Origin: Epiperipatus broadwayi
Taxonomy: Eukaryota; Animalia; Onychophora
Length of the DNA stretch: 64,000 nt
Direction of reading: 5' to 3'
Assembly (NCBI GenBank): GCA_028023455.1
Contig: JAQFVV010000011.1
Span: forward strand, 2,170,001 to 2,234,000
Notes under the pieces: model-generated
Databases searched by the model: none
Told to the model about the DNA's origin: nothing
What the model saw: the letters and a program-made list of their open reading frames with translations, nothing else
Program-made: the position numbers and the translations under genes
Shown here: positions 1 to 12,303 of the stretch, piece after piece
Position numbering within the stretch: the stretch's first letter is position 1
How the letters are laid out: each line of letters starts with the position of its first letter

Positions 1-775
1 GTGCCATATAACAAATGTATTATCAGCATAGCAAAAACAAACTCTAGGTAGATGGAGTAGTCTTTATTGCTGTGGTTTCAAAATCTTCCAAATAAACACT
101 GCTTCTTCACATGGAACATTTGTCAATAAACTTTCCATGTCAAAACTTACCAGTATGTCAGCAGTTCTTTCAACTGTCATGTTCCTGATTAATTCTACAA
201 AGTGTCTAGAATATCTGACAGAAGATTGGGTCTTGTGTGCCAGAAAACTAAGAACTTTGTGAAGAAATCTTGACAAATTTTGGCAAGGTGAATTTCTAGA
301 CCTAACAATAAGTCTAAATGGAGCATGATTTTAAATAGACCATAAAGATGAGAAATTTTGCTGAAATATGATGTTAGTTTACCTTTTTCTGAATCAATGA
401 AGTATCTGTGATGCTTTCTCAGTAATGCTTTTAGCTTTGTTTTTATGCTTGGTATCAGATCTTTTGCCACTTTTTTGTATTGATCTTCAGTAAGGAGTTC
501 TTATATTTTGTTGTCATAATCAGTTGTATCCATTATGACTGTTGCATTGTCATTGTCAGCAGGAAGAATGATTATAGATTTATCTATTTTGAGAGATTCA
601 GTTGCTTTTCTCTCATCATAGTATATGTCTGACTTCAATTTTTGTTGCTTCTCAAGAGTTCTTTTTTTAGTTATAGTATTATTATGGAACAGAGCAAAAT
701 AAGTTTGTTCAGAAACTAGCAATTTGAAAAAAAAATCCAGTTCAACTCTTACGTTATCCATCAGCTGTTATTAAG
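1..775 (-). mobile_element. Penelope-like retroelement RT fragment (inverted arm, pseudogenised)
   Basis: Minus-strand ORFs give IILPADNDNATVIMDTTDYDNKI, ISHLYGLFKI and LVSFDMESLLTNVP; rc of 1-45 reads CYADNTFVIWH. These match PLE RT motifs (PADKGN, SFDVxSLFTNVP, RYVDDTF). Frameshifted, and motif B appears deleted. Confidence 0.85.
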
Positions 776-1700
776 AAAACATTAAATAGACAACAAAAAG
801 AACTATCAAAAGAAAGAACAATTATTGGTACTGTAGTATATCCATACATACCAAAAACAGCAGACAAATTATGGAAAATCTGCAATCAATATAACATTAG
901 AACAGCTTTCCAGAGCCATACTACACTACAAGGAATTCTAACATCTACAAGACCTAAACTTGAAATGCCAAAAAGCAAAAACTGCATCTATGAAATACTT
1001 GCAAATGTGAACGAATGTATATTGGTAAGACAAATCACCCCATTAAAGTGATTAGAAGAGAGAAAAGATATGTCCAAGGTAGCAGACCAGACATGTACCA
1101 ATAAACATATATTAAATTGGGAAAATATAAAAAGATTGGAGAGATAAAAAGGTACAAAGAAGAAAATTCAAAGGAGCTGCTCACATGATAATGGTAAATA
1201 ACCCCATAAGTCAATCAAACCACTAACCAATTTTGCCCTTAGGAAAAAGTGGAGAAATAAAGAGGAATATTCATCAAAATATAAAATCACAAACCAATTT
1301 TCTTTAAAAAACTTGTTTTTTATTATTATGACTATATGAATTTTAATTTCAAGAGCAACGTTTCAAGATTAAAGGTTATGCTATTCTAAATAAAGAGGAA
1401 CTATACAAATAAGTATATAAAATGTCTACTGTCTGTTGTCTTTGGAAGGATGGCTCAGTAGGTTAAAATGTTACCTTAAAATTCAATATTCAAGAATCTA
1501 AGAATCCAAGTTCGATTCCATGCTAGTACTGTCACTGATCAGCCAGAAACACCTGAAGAAGAGAGCAGAATAATACCATTTGAAACGTTATTCTATGTTA
1601 CTAACAACACTTGAATGTAATTGGAAAATTTAAATTTTTCAAAAGACATCCAATACTTAACATTAGATGATGGAAATAATCTAATATATAAATACAAATT
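776..1700 (+). mobile_element. Penelope-like element: thumb/GIY-YIG endonuclease remnant plus 3' pLTR-like region
   Basis: Plus strand reads TVVYPYIPKTADKLWKICNQYNIRTAFQSHTTLQGILTSTRPK...KNCIYEI..C..MYIGKT (GIY-YIG layout). The 3' region 1430-1700 recurs at ~33430-33740, ~45600-45860 and ~55075-55600. Confidence 0.8.
1451..1595 (+). other. tRNA-like A/B boxes followed by an eroded hammerhead-like motif in the PLE 3' region
   Basis: TGGCTCAGTAGG (1451), GTTCGATTC (1510), CTGAAGA (1553)...GAAAC (1582). Homologue at 33448-33590. Confidence 0.45.
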
Positions 1701-2273
1701 GTTCTCTTGTTTCTTACTGCAACATTCTTACTTTTTAAATAATAATAAATTTTTAACTTTTAATATTTTCATTCTATTGCACTTAGGGACCCCTTTTATT
1801 TTATTTTTTTTAAATTATTAAAACATATTTTTTAATATTTCAATGCCGCCCTGCGTGTGACGTTTTGTTTTGGTAGATATACATTGTATGATTCGTTCTA
1901 CAATTAATTAAAAAAATAAAATTTACAATTTTTTCCTCCCTTTTAATTAAAAATGAGATCGTAAATCAAAATTATATTAAAAGAGATATACTGTATTTTT
2001 CCTTTTTGCTATTTTTAAAAAATTAGATGAATGTAACTGAAAAAAAAGCAATGAACATACGTTATGGAAAATTAAATAAATACCAGTATGCCGCAAAAAA
2101 AAAAAAAAAAGGAATGTTTTTGAGTGTATTAATAAAGATAACGACAAAATCGAAAAACAAGTCTAATCTATAAAAATCTACATACACTTTTTTTTAAAAA
2201 AAAATTATAAACAACCAAACAGGTTATTATAATAAAACACAATTAACCATAACGTACACATGTTTAAATAATT

Positions 2274-2335
2274 TTTTTTTTCCATATGTCATAGCATCGG
2301 CCGGGACGCGAACCCACACCCGTCTGCAAACAACT
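2274..2335 (-). mobile_element. 5'-truncated tRNA-derived SINE
   Basis: Matches the 3' half of the 35019 copy; poly(T) on the plus strand; TSD ATGTTTAAATAATT at 2260-2273 and 2336-2349. Confidence 0.6.
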
Positions 2336-3254
2336 ATGTTTAAATAATTAAGCATTAAAATAAACAAAAACACTTCAATACTAAATAATAAAAAATTAAA
2401 TTAAAATAAAGGAATGAAAGAATATTTCTTAACAATCTGTTATTTTTTAATTAACTAATTTTAAAATGTCTGGAATTTATATCTCAAAATTTCCCCTCCC
2501 TTCCTTATTGATATTTAAACGGAATGAGGAAGAAGAAGAAATTTAATCAGAAATGTAAAAAAAAAAAAAACATGAGAAAGCAATACAATCTTTTTAATTA
2601 ATTATTAAAAGAAAATTGAGAAAAATAATTACAACTGCTCATATTGAAAATAATGAATTTTTGAGATTTATCTTACTATTTTAAATATTTGTCATTTCTT
2701 TCAGCTACCTCCTTGTTTACTTTTATTTATATGTTAATGTATCCCAGTTATTTTTTCACCTTTCTAACCAAAAAGATAGCCAATTTTCAATTGCTTACTT
2801 AATTAAATTTTTAAAAAATATATAAGGGTAAAATTAAATTAATCTTTTATTCAGTAAATAAAAAAATATATTAATCAACACCCACATTTCAAATAATCTA
2901 TTAAAATGTTTAGATTTTTCCGGATGTTACGGAATCTTATTGGAAACTTCCGCCACAGATAAGCAATTGACAATTTTCAGATTCAGGGATAAACAAGTTT
3001 GGCTAAATATATATAAACCATTTAATACTAGAGCAATTTGAAATTAATAATCGTATTAAAAATACACAATTTATAAAAATTCATTAAACTACAAGCATTC
3101 TATTTATTAGAGGGGGGGGGAGCATTCACTGGTCTTAAGAGATGATATTAAATTCTACAAGCATACAAAGCTGTCTAATAAATAATCATCAAAGGGTCTA
3201 TTTCCTCATTGTAAAGTGTTAATGTGTAAAGATGATAACACTGTTAAGATGTTA

Positions 3255-3785
3255 AAACAGGCAAAACTCTCTATACGTATTGCCACTCAGTGCAAGCCAC
3301 AGTAATCAATGGATGCCAGGAAGCTTGTGCATAAAATCCCCATCTAGTGCCTACTCATCCAATATCCCCAGACTAGTTTCTGGCTTGTAGGCCTTCCTCA
3401 GTGAGGAACTTTGGATCTGAGAGCACTGCAACTACATCTTAGGATCTAATGCAACTCTCCAGCAGCCACCTTTTATCTCTACTTAACTACAAAACTATGA
3501 GACTCAAATTGAAAATGTAATATTTTCAATCCAAGCTCATCAGCTTATATAGTCATATAGGTCTGAACTCAGTTCAGTACCTATACATTTTTGTGTTTTG
3601 GGTTCTTTAATAGCCATAGTCACCACTATCCTATTAGGCAGGATTGGTTTTAAGCCAATAAACATAACATCATCACTATTTTTCTTATGCTTACTCTTAA
3701 CTGTTATTAAAACAAGCAAAACTCTCTATATGTATTGCCACTCAGTGCAAGCCAGAGTAATCAATGAATGCCAGAAGACACCAAA
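3255..3785 (-). mobile_element. F1 hammerhead element, ~1.15 units (455-nt period)
   Basis: GCAAAACTCTCTAT at 3261 recurs at 3716; short inverted piece at ~3777-3785; degenerate 14-bp TSD (3241-3254 / 3786-3799, 11/14). Confidence 0.85.
3366..3406 (-). ncRNA. Minimal type I hammerhead ribozyme motif (F1)
   Basis: rc: CCTCA CTGAGGA AGGC-CTACAA-GCCA GAAA CTA GTC TGGGG; core intact with a GUC cleavage triplet. Confidence 0.8.
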
Positions 3786-4380
3786 ATGTTGAGATATTAG
3801 GGTAAATTGCATTAAAGAATTCGAAAACTACTGGTAATGATGAACAAATATATTGTGACATATTTTCTCTTAGTCATCTCACAGGTAATGAATAAAAAAT
3901 GTTTTAATTATATTACATATGATCAGTTAAAGACATAAAAAACATTCAACAAAAAGTCAAGACAGCAATAATAAAAAGGAATAATTATTAATACTATTTA
4001 TTACAATTTAATCTGTAGCCATTAAATTTCTTACATCCATATCTATAGTATGATCCTCTTCAGTTAACATTTTGACTTCATCACTAATCATTTATAGCTA
4101 AAGATTATAGTATCATTTTTAGCCCCACATTATACACTTTAAACTTTAATTAAAAATCAATATACCCTTACCATATAAAATAATTAATCTCATTTCATTC
4201 TTGTTTTCTGTATACAATATTTTAACACACTTGTGATCTTTCAAGTAAACCAAGACGGCAGCCCGTATTTTTGATAAATCTACAGTTTTCAATGCCCACA
4301 AAAAAATGTTTATAAAAAAAGGCTGCTAGAAAAAGGCTTATTTAATATTTACAATTTCTTTTTCATTATTGTTATTTTAA

Positions 4381-5284
4381 TCTATAATATTAATAAGCCA
4401 ATAAGCTGATACACATGTGCTTTGCAGATGTCACTATATAAATGAATACTCCCACTTTTTCAAACCCAAGATAAAGTCTTTAAGAAAATATAGAATGAAT
4501 CCACCTATATTTTCAACCCAACCATATATGTATGGGAAAATCTGACGTGTTTGAAATGAAGAGCATGAAGTTATTAATTGATCACTTTAAATTACTTTTC
4601 TACAACGTAAATGAATGAGCCAATGAAATTTCTAGAATTTACGATACGTCATTCTTATAATTAAACATATGTAAACAAGACATTAATTTTTTTTATATAG
4701 CGGGATGTTTTTGTTTATAATCTATAATATTAATAAGCCAATAAGCTGATACACATGCGCTTTGCAGATGTCACTATATAAATAAATACTCCCACTTTTT
4801 CAAACCCAAGATATAGTCTTTATGAAAATATAGAATGAATCCACCTATATTTTCGACCCAACCATATATGTATGGGCAAATCTGAAGTGTTTGAAATGAA
4901 GAGCGTGAAATTATTAATTGATCACTTTAAATTACTTTTCTACAACGTATATAAAAAAATAAATGTCTTGTTTACATATGTTTAATTATAAGAATGACGT
5001 ACTGTAAATTCTAGAAAATTTCATTGGCGTCATTCATTTACGTTGTAGAAAAGTAATTTAAAGTGATCAATTAATAACTTCATGCTCTTCATTTCAAACA
5101 CTTCAGATTTGCCCATACATATATGGTTGGGTCGAAAATATAGGTGGATTCATTCTATATTTTCTTAAAGACTTTATCTTGGGTTTGAAAAAGTGGGAGT
5201 ATTCATTTATATAGTGACATCTGCAAAGCGCATGTGTATTGGCTTATTAATATTATAGATTATAAACAAAAACACTTGTTCACA
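4381..5284. mobile_element. Non-coding ~340-bp unit: two direct copies plus one inverted copy, 14-bp TSD
   Basis: TCTATAATATTAATAAGCC at 4381 and 4721; inverted copy ~4949-5277; TATTGTTATTTTAA at 4367-4380 and 5285-5298. Confidence 0.85.
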
Positions 5285-6106
5285 TATTGTTATTTTAAAA
5301 AAGGGAATCATTGTGGAAAAATTAATTACAATATTTACAGTTTATTTTCCTATTTTTTGGATTAACTTATTAACAAAAAGATGAAAAAAAAAATATAAAT
5401 CCAATATGTACACTTTATCCATATCGGTGGTGTACAATCATATTGCGATCATTAATGCACTTTTTGGGAATGCAGGATCCTATACATTTGGAAATACTCA
5501 ATGGCATCACATGCTGTGGTGGAAAAGTCTCAAATTTTTATCATTATGACAATTTACAAAAAAAAAAATGCTAACAAAAAAAAACATGCTGAATTGAACT
5601 AAAGTACGACAATGTTAAGAGCATCTCATCACTTCCAATGTTATAAATAGAAAAATAAAATTGAAATAAAGCTTCTTAATGAAATTCATTGGAATTTATT
5701 TCTTTTTTCAAATTTAACTATCAATTTATTAATTTTGTATTAATTTAACAACCAACACATTTTTGGTAGATTATATGTCTTTGAAACTACATTTATCACA
5801 AATACTTTAAATATACTTAATTCGATTACTTTAGTATTATTCCTGTTATGACATATTGCTCCGATGATGTATGGTTCTAAGTTTGTGATATGCTTAAAAT
5901 AATGCCTTCAAGGAGTGCAGACAAACTTAATCAATAAAATTTGTTTGCAGATCATGTAGAGACATTATTTTAAACATATCGCAAACTTAGAATAATATGT
6001 CACCAGGAATAATACATCATACCATGTGTAATATGAAAGTTCAAATCTAAAAAAAAATAATGGAGACATATACTCATTATGGAAAAAGGAAAAAAAATAT
6101 GATACT

Positions 6107-6166
6107 AAATAAAGAAGTACTTGTGACCTGTGGCTCAAATAAAGAAGTACTTGTGACCTGTGGCTC
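6107..6166. repeat. Perfect 30-bp tandem duplication
   Basis: AAATAAAGAAGTACTTGTGACCTGTGGCTC x2. Confidence 0.9.
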
Positions 6167-6685
6167 TTTATTATGGCATTACATGCCATCAAAGCCATCC
6201 TTCCCCCTTCTGGCATAATATGGCACATTGTGCTGTCATTTTCCCCGTGTAATACCAAACTTCAAATGTAAAAAAAACCATGCAATTTCCTGATGATAGA
6301 GAGATATATTTATTATGGAAAAAAGAGAAATATAAAAAATAACCCTCAAACATTTTAAATGGCCATCTGTAATAAAGTTTTAGATTTCTGTTATTTTTTT
6401 AACCTAAAAAAAAATGACAAGCTGTAAGATAAAGTTGTATGTTGATCTAAAAATGGTGAACTGCAAGGTTAATCTTCTATTTTAAATATCTTTTCAAACA
6501 AAAAAAAAACTACAAATATAACAACTTTTAACTGAAAAATTATATAAAGTTTAGCAAAAAATAATAAAGAAGACAAATATAACAAATTTTACCTCTAAAT
6601 GTAGTTTTCAATTTTAAAAAAAAGCAATATTCCTTACAAATGATGCAAAACCATTATATTGCATTTTTTTAGTCTTTTTTTTTTT

Positions 6686-6771
6686 CATATGTCAAATGCA
6701 TTGACTGGGAAGCAAACCAGGGCCAGCTGCTTGGAAGGCAGCTATGCTAACCAATAGGCCACCAATGCTTG
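6686..6771 (-). mobile_element. tRNA-Gly(TCC)-derived SINE / retrocopy
   Basis: rc of 6697-6768 = GCATTGGTGGCCTATTGGTTAGCATAGCTGCCTTCCAAGCAGCTGG...AATGCA, close to eukaryotic tRNA-Gly-TCC but with a damaged T-loop; flanked by GTC(T)n duplications. Confidence 0.8.
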
Positions 6772-7767
6772 TCTTTTTTTTTTTTTAAAAAAAGCCACAA
6801 ATATAAAAACTTTTAACTGTAAATGTAGATAAAGTTTAGCAAAAAAAAAACCCAAATATAACTTTTATCGCTAAAATAAATAAAAAGAAAATTACTTACA
6901 AATGATGCAATACATTTACATTGCGTACAAAAATATCACAGTAATAGCACAAAATCTCACAGATCAGCACATTTTACAAATTGGTGATGAAAGTTGACAT
7001 GGATTAGTCATCCCAGGATTTGATTGCCATGACATCATAAATCATAAATTTTGAATAAATATTACTGAATGATAACGATACCAGAATAATTTCATAGCAG
7101 GAATAATACCAAAGTATCTTTCTTAATTCCACCAATAATCACTAAAGTAGTTGTACAACAGGAAGTGGTTGCAGATGAGAATGAAAAAAATTCAACATTT
7201 GTATTGTAATGTAATAAATATGGAGATCATTTAACTTTTTCTGGGATCTTAATCATGTGATTAAAGCACTTGAGATGAAATAATAGTTATAAATATATTA
7301 ACTACTGTTTGTAAGTTTTGTGTTTTATACAATTTTTAAATAATATTTAAAATTAGATTGTGTAATTGATTGTAAAATTCATCCTAGAATCCTTTTTTAA
7401 AAAGGTTTTTTTTTCTTTCTCTAAAGCAATTCAAACATTTTATAAAACATATTGGATTGATAATGAGTTTATGAAAAGTTCAAATCTAATATAGTTACAA
7501 TATTTTTCTTTATTGTAAAGAGAATAAAGTTTAAGATACTAAAATATATTGTTTGTTCCTTGTCATGGTATTTTATAAATTGTTCCTTAGTAATAGTATT
7601 TAAACTAATCTGCCCACAATCTCAGAACATACAAATTTTTTTTTTAATGTCACCATTATTAATGAAATAATATACTTTGAAATGAAAATAATACTGCTGT
7701 ACACATTTTCAAAAAATAATTGTGTTGTGCATATAGATGATTATTCAAGTCTTAAAGTTTATTTTCT

Positions 7768-8051
7768 AAATAAATTAAAAAATAATATCAGTCTTCTGTT
7801 TTAAAAATAGCCCATTAATTTCAAAATGTAAACAATCATGCACAAACTTCTTTATAGATCTTGATTTATTAAAATATGAACTATTATAATTGTATAATTA
7901 TATACTCCAACATTTCAATTATATTATTTTATAGTTCCTTGATAAAGACTATAAAATAATAGAGTCGAAACATTGGAGTATATAATTATAATAGTTCATA
8001 TTACAATAAATCAAGATTTATAAAGAAGTTTGTGTGTGGATTGTATATATT
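7768..8051. mobile_element. Foldback insertion with 16-bp TSD
   Basis: Inverted arms ~7823-7935 and ~7947-8053; TTAAAGTTTATTTTCT at 7752-7767 and 8052-8067. Confidence 0.75.
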
Positions 8052-8329
8052 TTAAAGTTTATTTTCTGTATGAAACTGTAAGATGTTAGAACATGTGTGG
8101 ACACAGACAAAAAAGTATTCATAATATATATATATAAAATTATGATATTTGATCATAGACATTCTTAAACAGGAACTGACCCAAATCATGGAATCTTCTA
8201 TGGTAGCTTTGGATTAAGAATACAACTGCATCAAGAATCTGTGAAATGCAACTATATAAGATGAATTATCTAAAGAACTATGAAGATATTTTTAATGAAA
8301 AGAAAATCTCATATTCTTTTGAGAAGTAG

Positions 8330-9500
8330 CAGTCAAAATTAAGTAATTAGAAAATATGTAATATCATTATTACGTTCCTCAAATATCTAAAGATCTGGAG
8401 ATTTGATTAAGTCCTTGATTTCTCACAGATTAGCTCAGTAATAATTTTGATTAATTATAGAATATTGTCCAAAGTTCTGCATCAGAGATTATCCAAAATG
8501 ATATTCATATAAGATAGTTTTGTATTTCTGGTGATCCTAAATAATTTTGATCTTTTTAACGCTAAACTTGGGAATTACTAAAAGATACTAATTCTAGTCT
8601 AGATGCAGATAATTTTTCTCATCACTTTTAAACATCTTCTCCTTGGATTTGCCTTCTAATAATAATTTTATTGATGAAAATGTTTTTGCCCTTCATTTAT
8701 ATATATAAAAAAGTGCTGATATATTGTTTCTCCATTTGTTCGTATTTTTAGTCACTTTTTAACAAAAAGTTATTTTCTCTGGGAGCTTTAAACTTGATAA
8801 AGTTATACCTATTTTTAAGAAAGCATCCAGAGATTTAATTAATGACTACAGGCATATTTCATTTCCATATACTATTGCCCAAATATTTTGAAAAATGCAT
8901 AAGCTTTTGACAACTGAACATTAAATCATTAAAACCCCACATGACCACCATTTCCTTTCCTTGCATAAGCTATTAAAACAGTAGCAATTTTCTCCATACA
9001 ATAGCACCTTCTGGCATCTATGGATTATTATAGCTTGCACTAGGTGGCAGTTGCTACTATTTACATCTGAACATTATTAGTTTCTAGCTGAGTAGATCTA
9101 TCAAAAATTTATTAACAATTTTTGATCACACGTCTAATATCATTGACAATCAAGTTAAGCTGAACCACTGTTTATTGACACATGCTCACAAGTTTTTGAT
9201 AAAATGAATCATAGAAATTCTCACACATCTATTCAGAATTTTTTTCCCATAAACATGATTAAATGATTTGATTCATTCCTCAGAGACAAAATGGCACTTG
9301 TGAAATCAGTGACAAATACTCATTACTAAATTATTATTTTATCGGAGTGTCTCAATCTGCATTCTCCCTCCATTACTTAATATCTATAATTTCAGAAAGA
9401 ATGTTAAAATTCCCATAGCTTTTATGTTACACAGATAGTTTCAAATTATCAGATGCATATAATCAAAAACTGTATATAATTTCAAAGGGATGCACACAAC
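8330..9500 (+). mobile_element. Highly decayed LINE ORF2 (Jockey/CR1/L2-like) fragment
   Basis: Broken motifs KVIPIFKK..NDYRHIS..IFEK (~8800-8900), FDKMNH (~9195) and a GVPQ-like segment (~9345); many stops. Confidence 0.5.
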
Positions 9501-10299
9501 TTCTTAAAATTATGTGAAAATAATAAAATAATGCAAATATGGTCAAACATATCTTTTATTACAAAAAAAAATACCCCAAATTTTGCTGTTTCACACTATA
9601 TTCACGACCACAAAATTATACCAAATGACCGTCAAAGAGATCTCTGGTCATATTTTCTGACAAACATTCCTTCCACCATCATATAGAATTCATAATGAAT
9701 AAAGATCTTAAAATTACAATGTCTGCATATATAAGTTAGTATAAATAAAGTGCATTTATCAGTAGACATGCACAAATTATTTTCGCTTATAATTACTCCC
9801 TAAAATCACTCTAGAAACTAATAAAGAAAACACTGCACCTAAAATATATTACAAGATACGTGTAAGTAAATTAGAGCATTAGAAAAAACTGATAGAAGGA
9901 CATGAGAGAGCTACTGCTGTGCAGAAAATGAGACTGAATTTGTTGAAGTCGTTAATGGTGCTAAGATAGAAGAAGCTGCACTCTAAGATCAGACAAAATG
10001 ATTCAGAACAAAGCATAAAATTTTAGAACTATGTTAGAGCATTCAAAGAAATTAATGCAGTTATTCTTATTGTTATTATCTGTTACATTGTTAAGTTAAC
10101 TCAAAATGTCTAAATGTTTTCTAGTTTAATGCCTGCCTTAAATAAATGTTAATAAACACTATTATAACAAAATTACAAGCATGATGATGCACTGGTAGGA
10201 GAAGCTATATTAAGTACTTGTATAAATCAATAAATAAGTGACAGCTAAGTGCTTTTGAAGCGTATTGCTTCATATTCATAGCTACAACAAAAAATAATG

Positions 10300-10560
10300 C
10301 AGAATAGGATGTAGGTTGTGATATGCAAATTATATGTAAATTATTTAATTGGTCCAATGCTTGGAAATATCAAAGCAAGTGTTATGTCTGTTAATAGAGT
10401 TATTGTTGCTAGTGATAAAATGTGCTTCCTTGATTTTAGGTTTGCAGTCATTTTTCTCAATGCATACTATTGTAAGGTTGGAGGGTTCAAATATGTGGCC
10501 GGTCTTTTTTGAATGCTCTATTATGTACCTGTTCTTCATATACTGTGTAATTTATTATCA
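10300..10560 (-). mobile_element. Penelope-like GIY-YIG C-terminal fragment
   Basis: ORF 10345-10539: EHSKKTGHIF...IEKNDCKPKIKEAHFI...INR...ISKHW, typical of a PLE endonuclease C-terminus. Confidence 0.7.
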
Positions 10561-11668
10561 GTGTCTGACTGGTCTTTAGAGACCCTCAGAATGTAGCACT
10601 TAACCATCCAAAATACTGAAATTTTTATTTCTGATTCATTTACTTAAAATATAGAATAAAAATTTTGCAAATAATGACATTTTTAATCTTGATTTCAATC
10701 ATTTCTTCAAAACCCTCAATAAAAAATGCAATATATAATCTCTTTGATTATCCTTTTATTTATTTTCTTCTTTCCCTATTTTATTTAGTATGTTGTTGTT
10801 TTTTATTATTATATATATAAATATTGGTTCACTGAGCAATCTATAATTGACTAAAAACTGCAAATATGTATGCTATAGATATGCATATAAAATAAATTGA
10901 AAATTACTGTCAGAATACTTGTAAGATATGTGACCAAATAGGTAATCCACAGCAGTCTCATCTAAAGATGCCAGCAAGGTGGATTTTTTTTTTTTACATT
11001 TTCTTTATGACTCAATAACATGTTGATCAAAATATTAGGTTTAAATATATAGGTTTCTAAACTCATGCTAATATAGTTCATACCGTTAATGATTTTGGAA
11101 GAAGATGAGATAAAATATTAGCCTTTGTGGAATAAGAGGCAAAACTGAAGATAATGTGTAAATACTTATATAATAATAAAAGAAATTTTTTTTTAGCAAC
11201 CGTTGACCTTATAAAGTTCAAAATGTATTAACAATTGGATTTCTAGTAATGATTTTTTTAAAAAAGAAATTTTTTATTTTGTGATGAGATAAATTTTTAG
11301 GGTTCAAACTTAATATTCCCCATCATAAATAAACAGTGGGTTCATTTTGGCTTGTGGTATACTAGATCTGTTCTTAAAAATAATACTATTTTATAATAAA
11401 AAAATTGATTACACTTTTCAATGAGTGATAAAAAAGAGGATTTCATCTCTTTATTGCTAAATAATTGGAAAACTAATTGTATATAAAATGTTGCAAATAT
11501 TAAAATATAATTATAGACTAAGTAAATAAATAATCAAATAGTTTTATTGCATAGTTCATATGAAGTTCAAGTCTCGAAAATGACAAAACTGGATTTGATC
11601 CCTGAACCTAAAGCTTCAGGGTCAGTCATCCTACTAGTGACTAATAAAATGTAACCTGACTCCAAAGC

Positions 11669-11710
11669 TCCTCACTGATGAAAGCCATAAGTTTGAAACT
11701 AGTCTGAGGA
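11669..11710 (+). ncRNA. Minimal type I hammerhead ribozyme motif, fully paired
   Basis: TCCTCA CTGATGA AAGC-CATAA-GTTT GAAA CTA GTC TGAGGA: 6-bp stem I, 4-bp stem II, GUC site. Confidence 0.85.
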
Positions 11711-11813
11711 TACTAGAAAAGATAGGCATTTAATAAGCTTTATTATCTTGCATCTATTATTAGTTGGTAAAGTTTATAGTAAGTGGCATAGAGATTGTGA
11801 AAATTGACTAGTG

Positions 11814-12303
11814 CAGGCCACAGAAGCTGGCAGAGGGTCGCATTGGGGGCCACTTTGTGGAAGCAAAGGTTAGCGAAGGGCCGCACCTTTTTTCATGACA
11901 CAATAAACACACTGCTTTATTCCCTGTATTACCAAATAAATATTTGTTTATCCATTTTTCATTAAACACACAACATTCATCATCAATTTTACATTTTTTC
12001 AGAGGATTCATGGTTTCACTAAAGTTGGAAATGTATATATTTTCTAATGCAAAGACAAAATTGAAATTAACCATATCAACTGGAAAAGCACTGCACATCG
12101 TATCTACACTGTGCATGTGTATTGATGTGGCCATCCTAGTGGAAAATACGAGACAAATATTTGGTCGTGCATGGGAAGGAAATCTCAGTTCAAGGCGGAT
12201 TTTTCTGATTGTCTTGGCGGGCCGCATAAAAACTCTTAGCAGGCTGCATAAAAACTCTTAGAGGGCCGCATGTGGCCCTTGGGCTGCTATTTTCTCATCC
12301 CTG
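11814..12303 (-). mobile_element. Non-autonomous hAT (Buster/Charlie-like) element, 490 bp
   Basis: 8-bp TSD GACTAGTG at 11806-11813 and 12304-12311 with central TA; CAGG...CCTG termini; transposase N-terminal remnant KKCKIDDECCVFNEKWINKYLF...KAVCLLC on the minus strand. Confidence 0.85.

Noticed and set aside
6697-6768. Functional tRNA-Gly genes (also 19116-19187)
   Set aside because: Damaged D/T arms, A or TA tails and TSDs indicate retrocopies.
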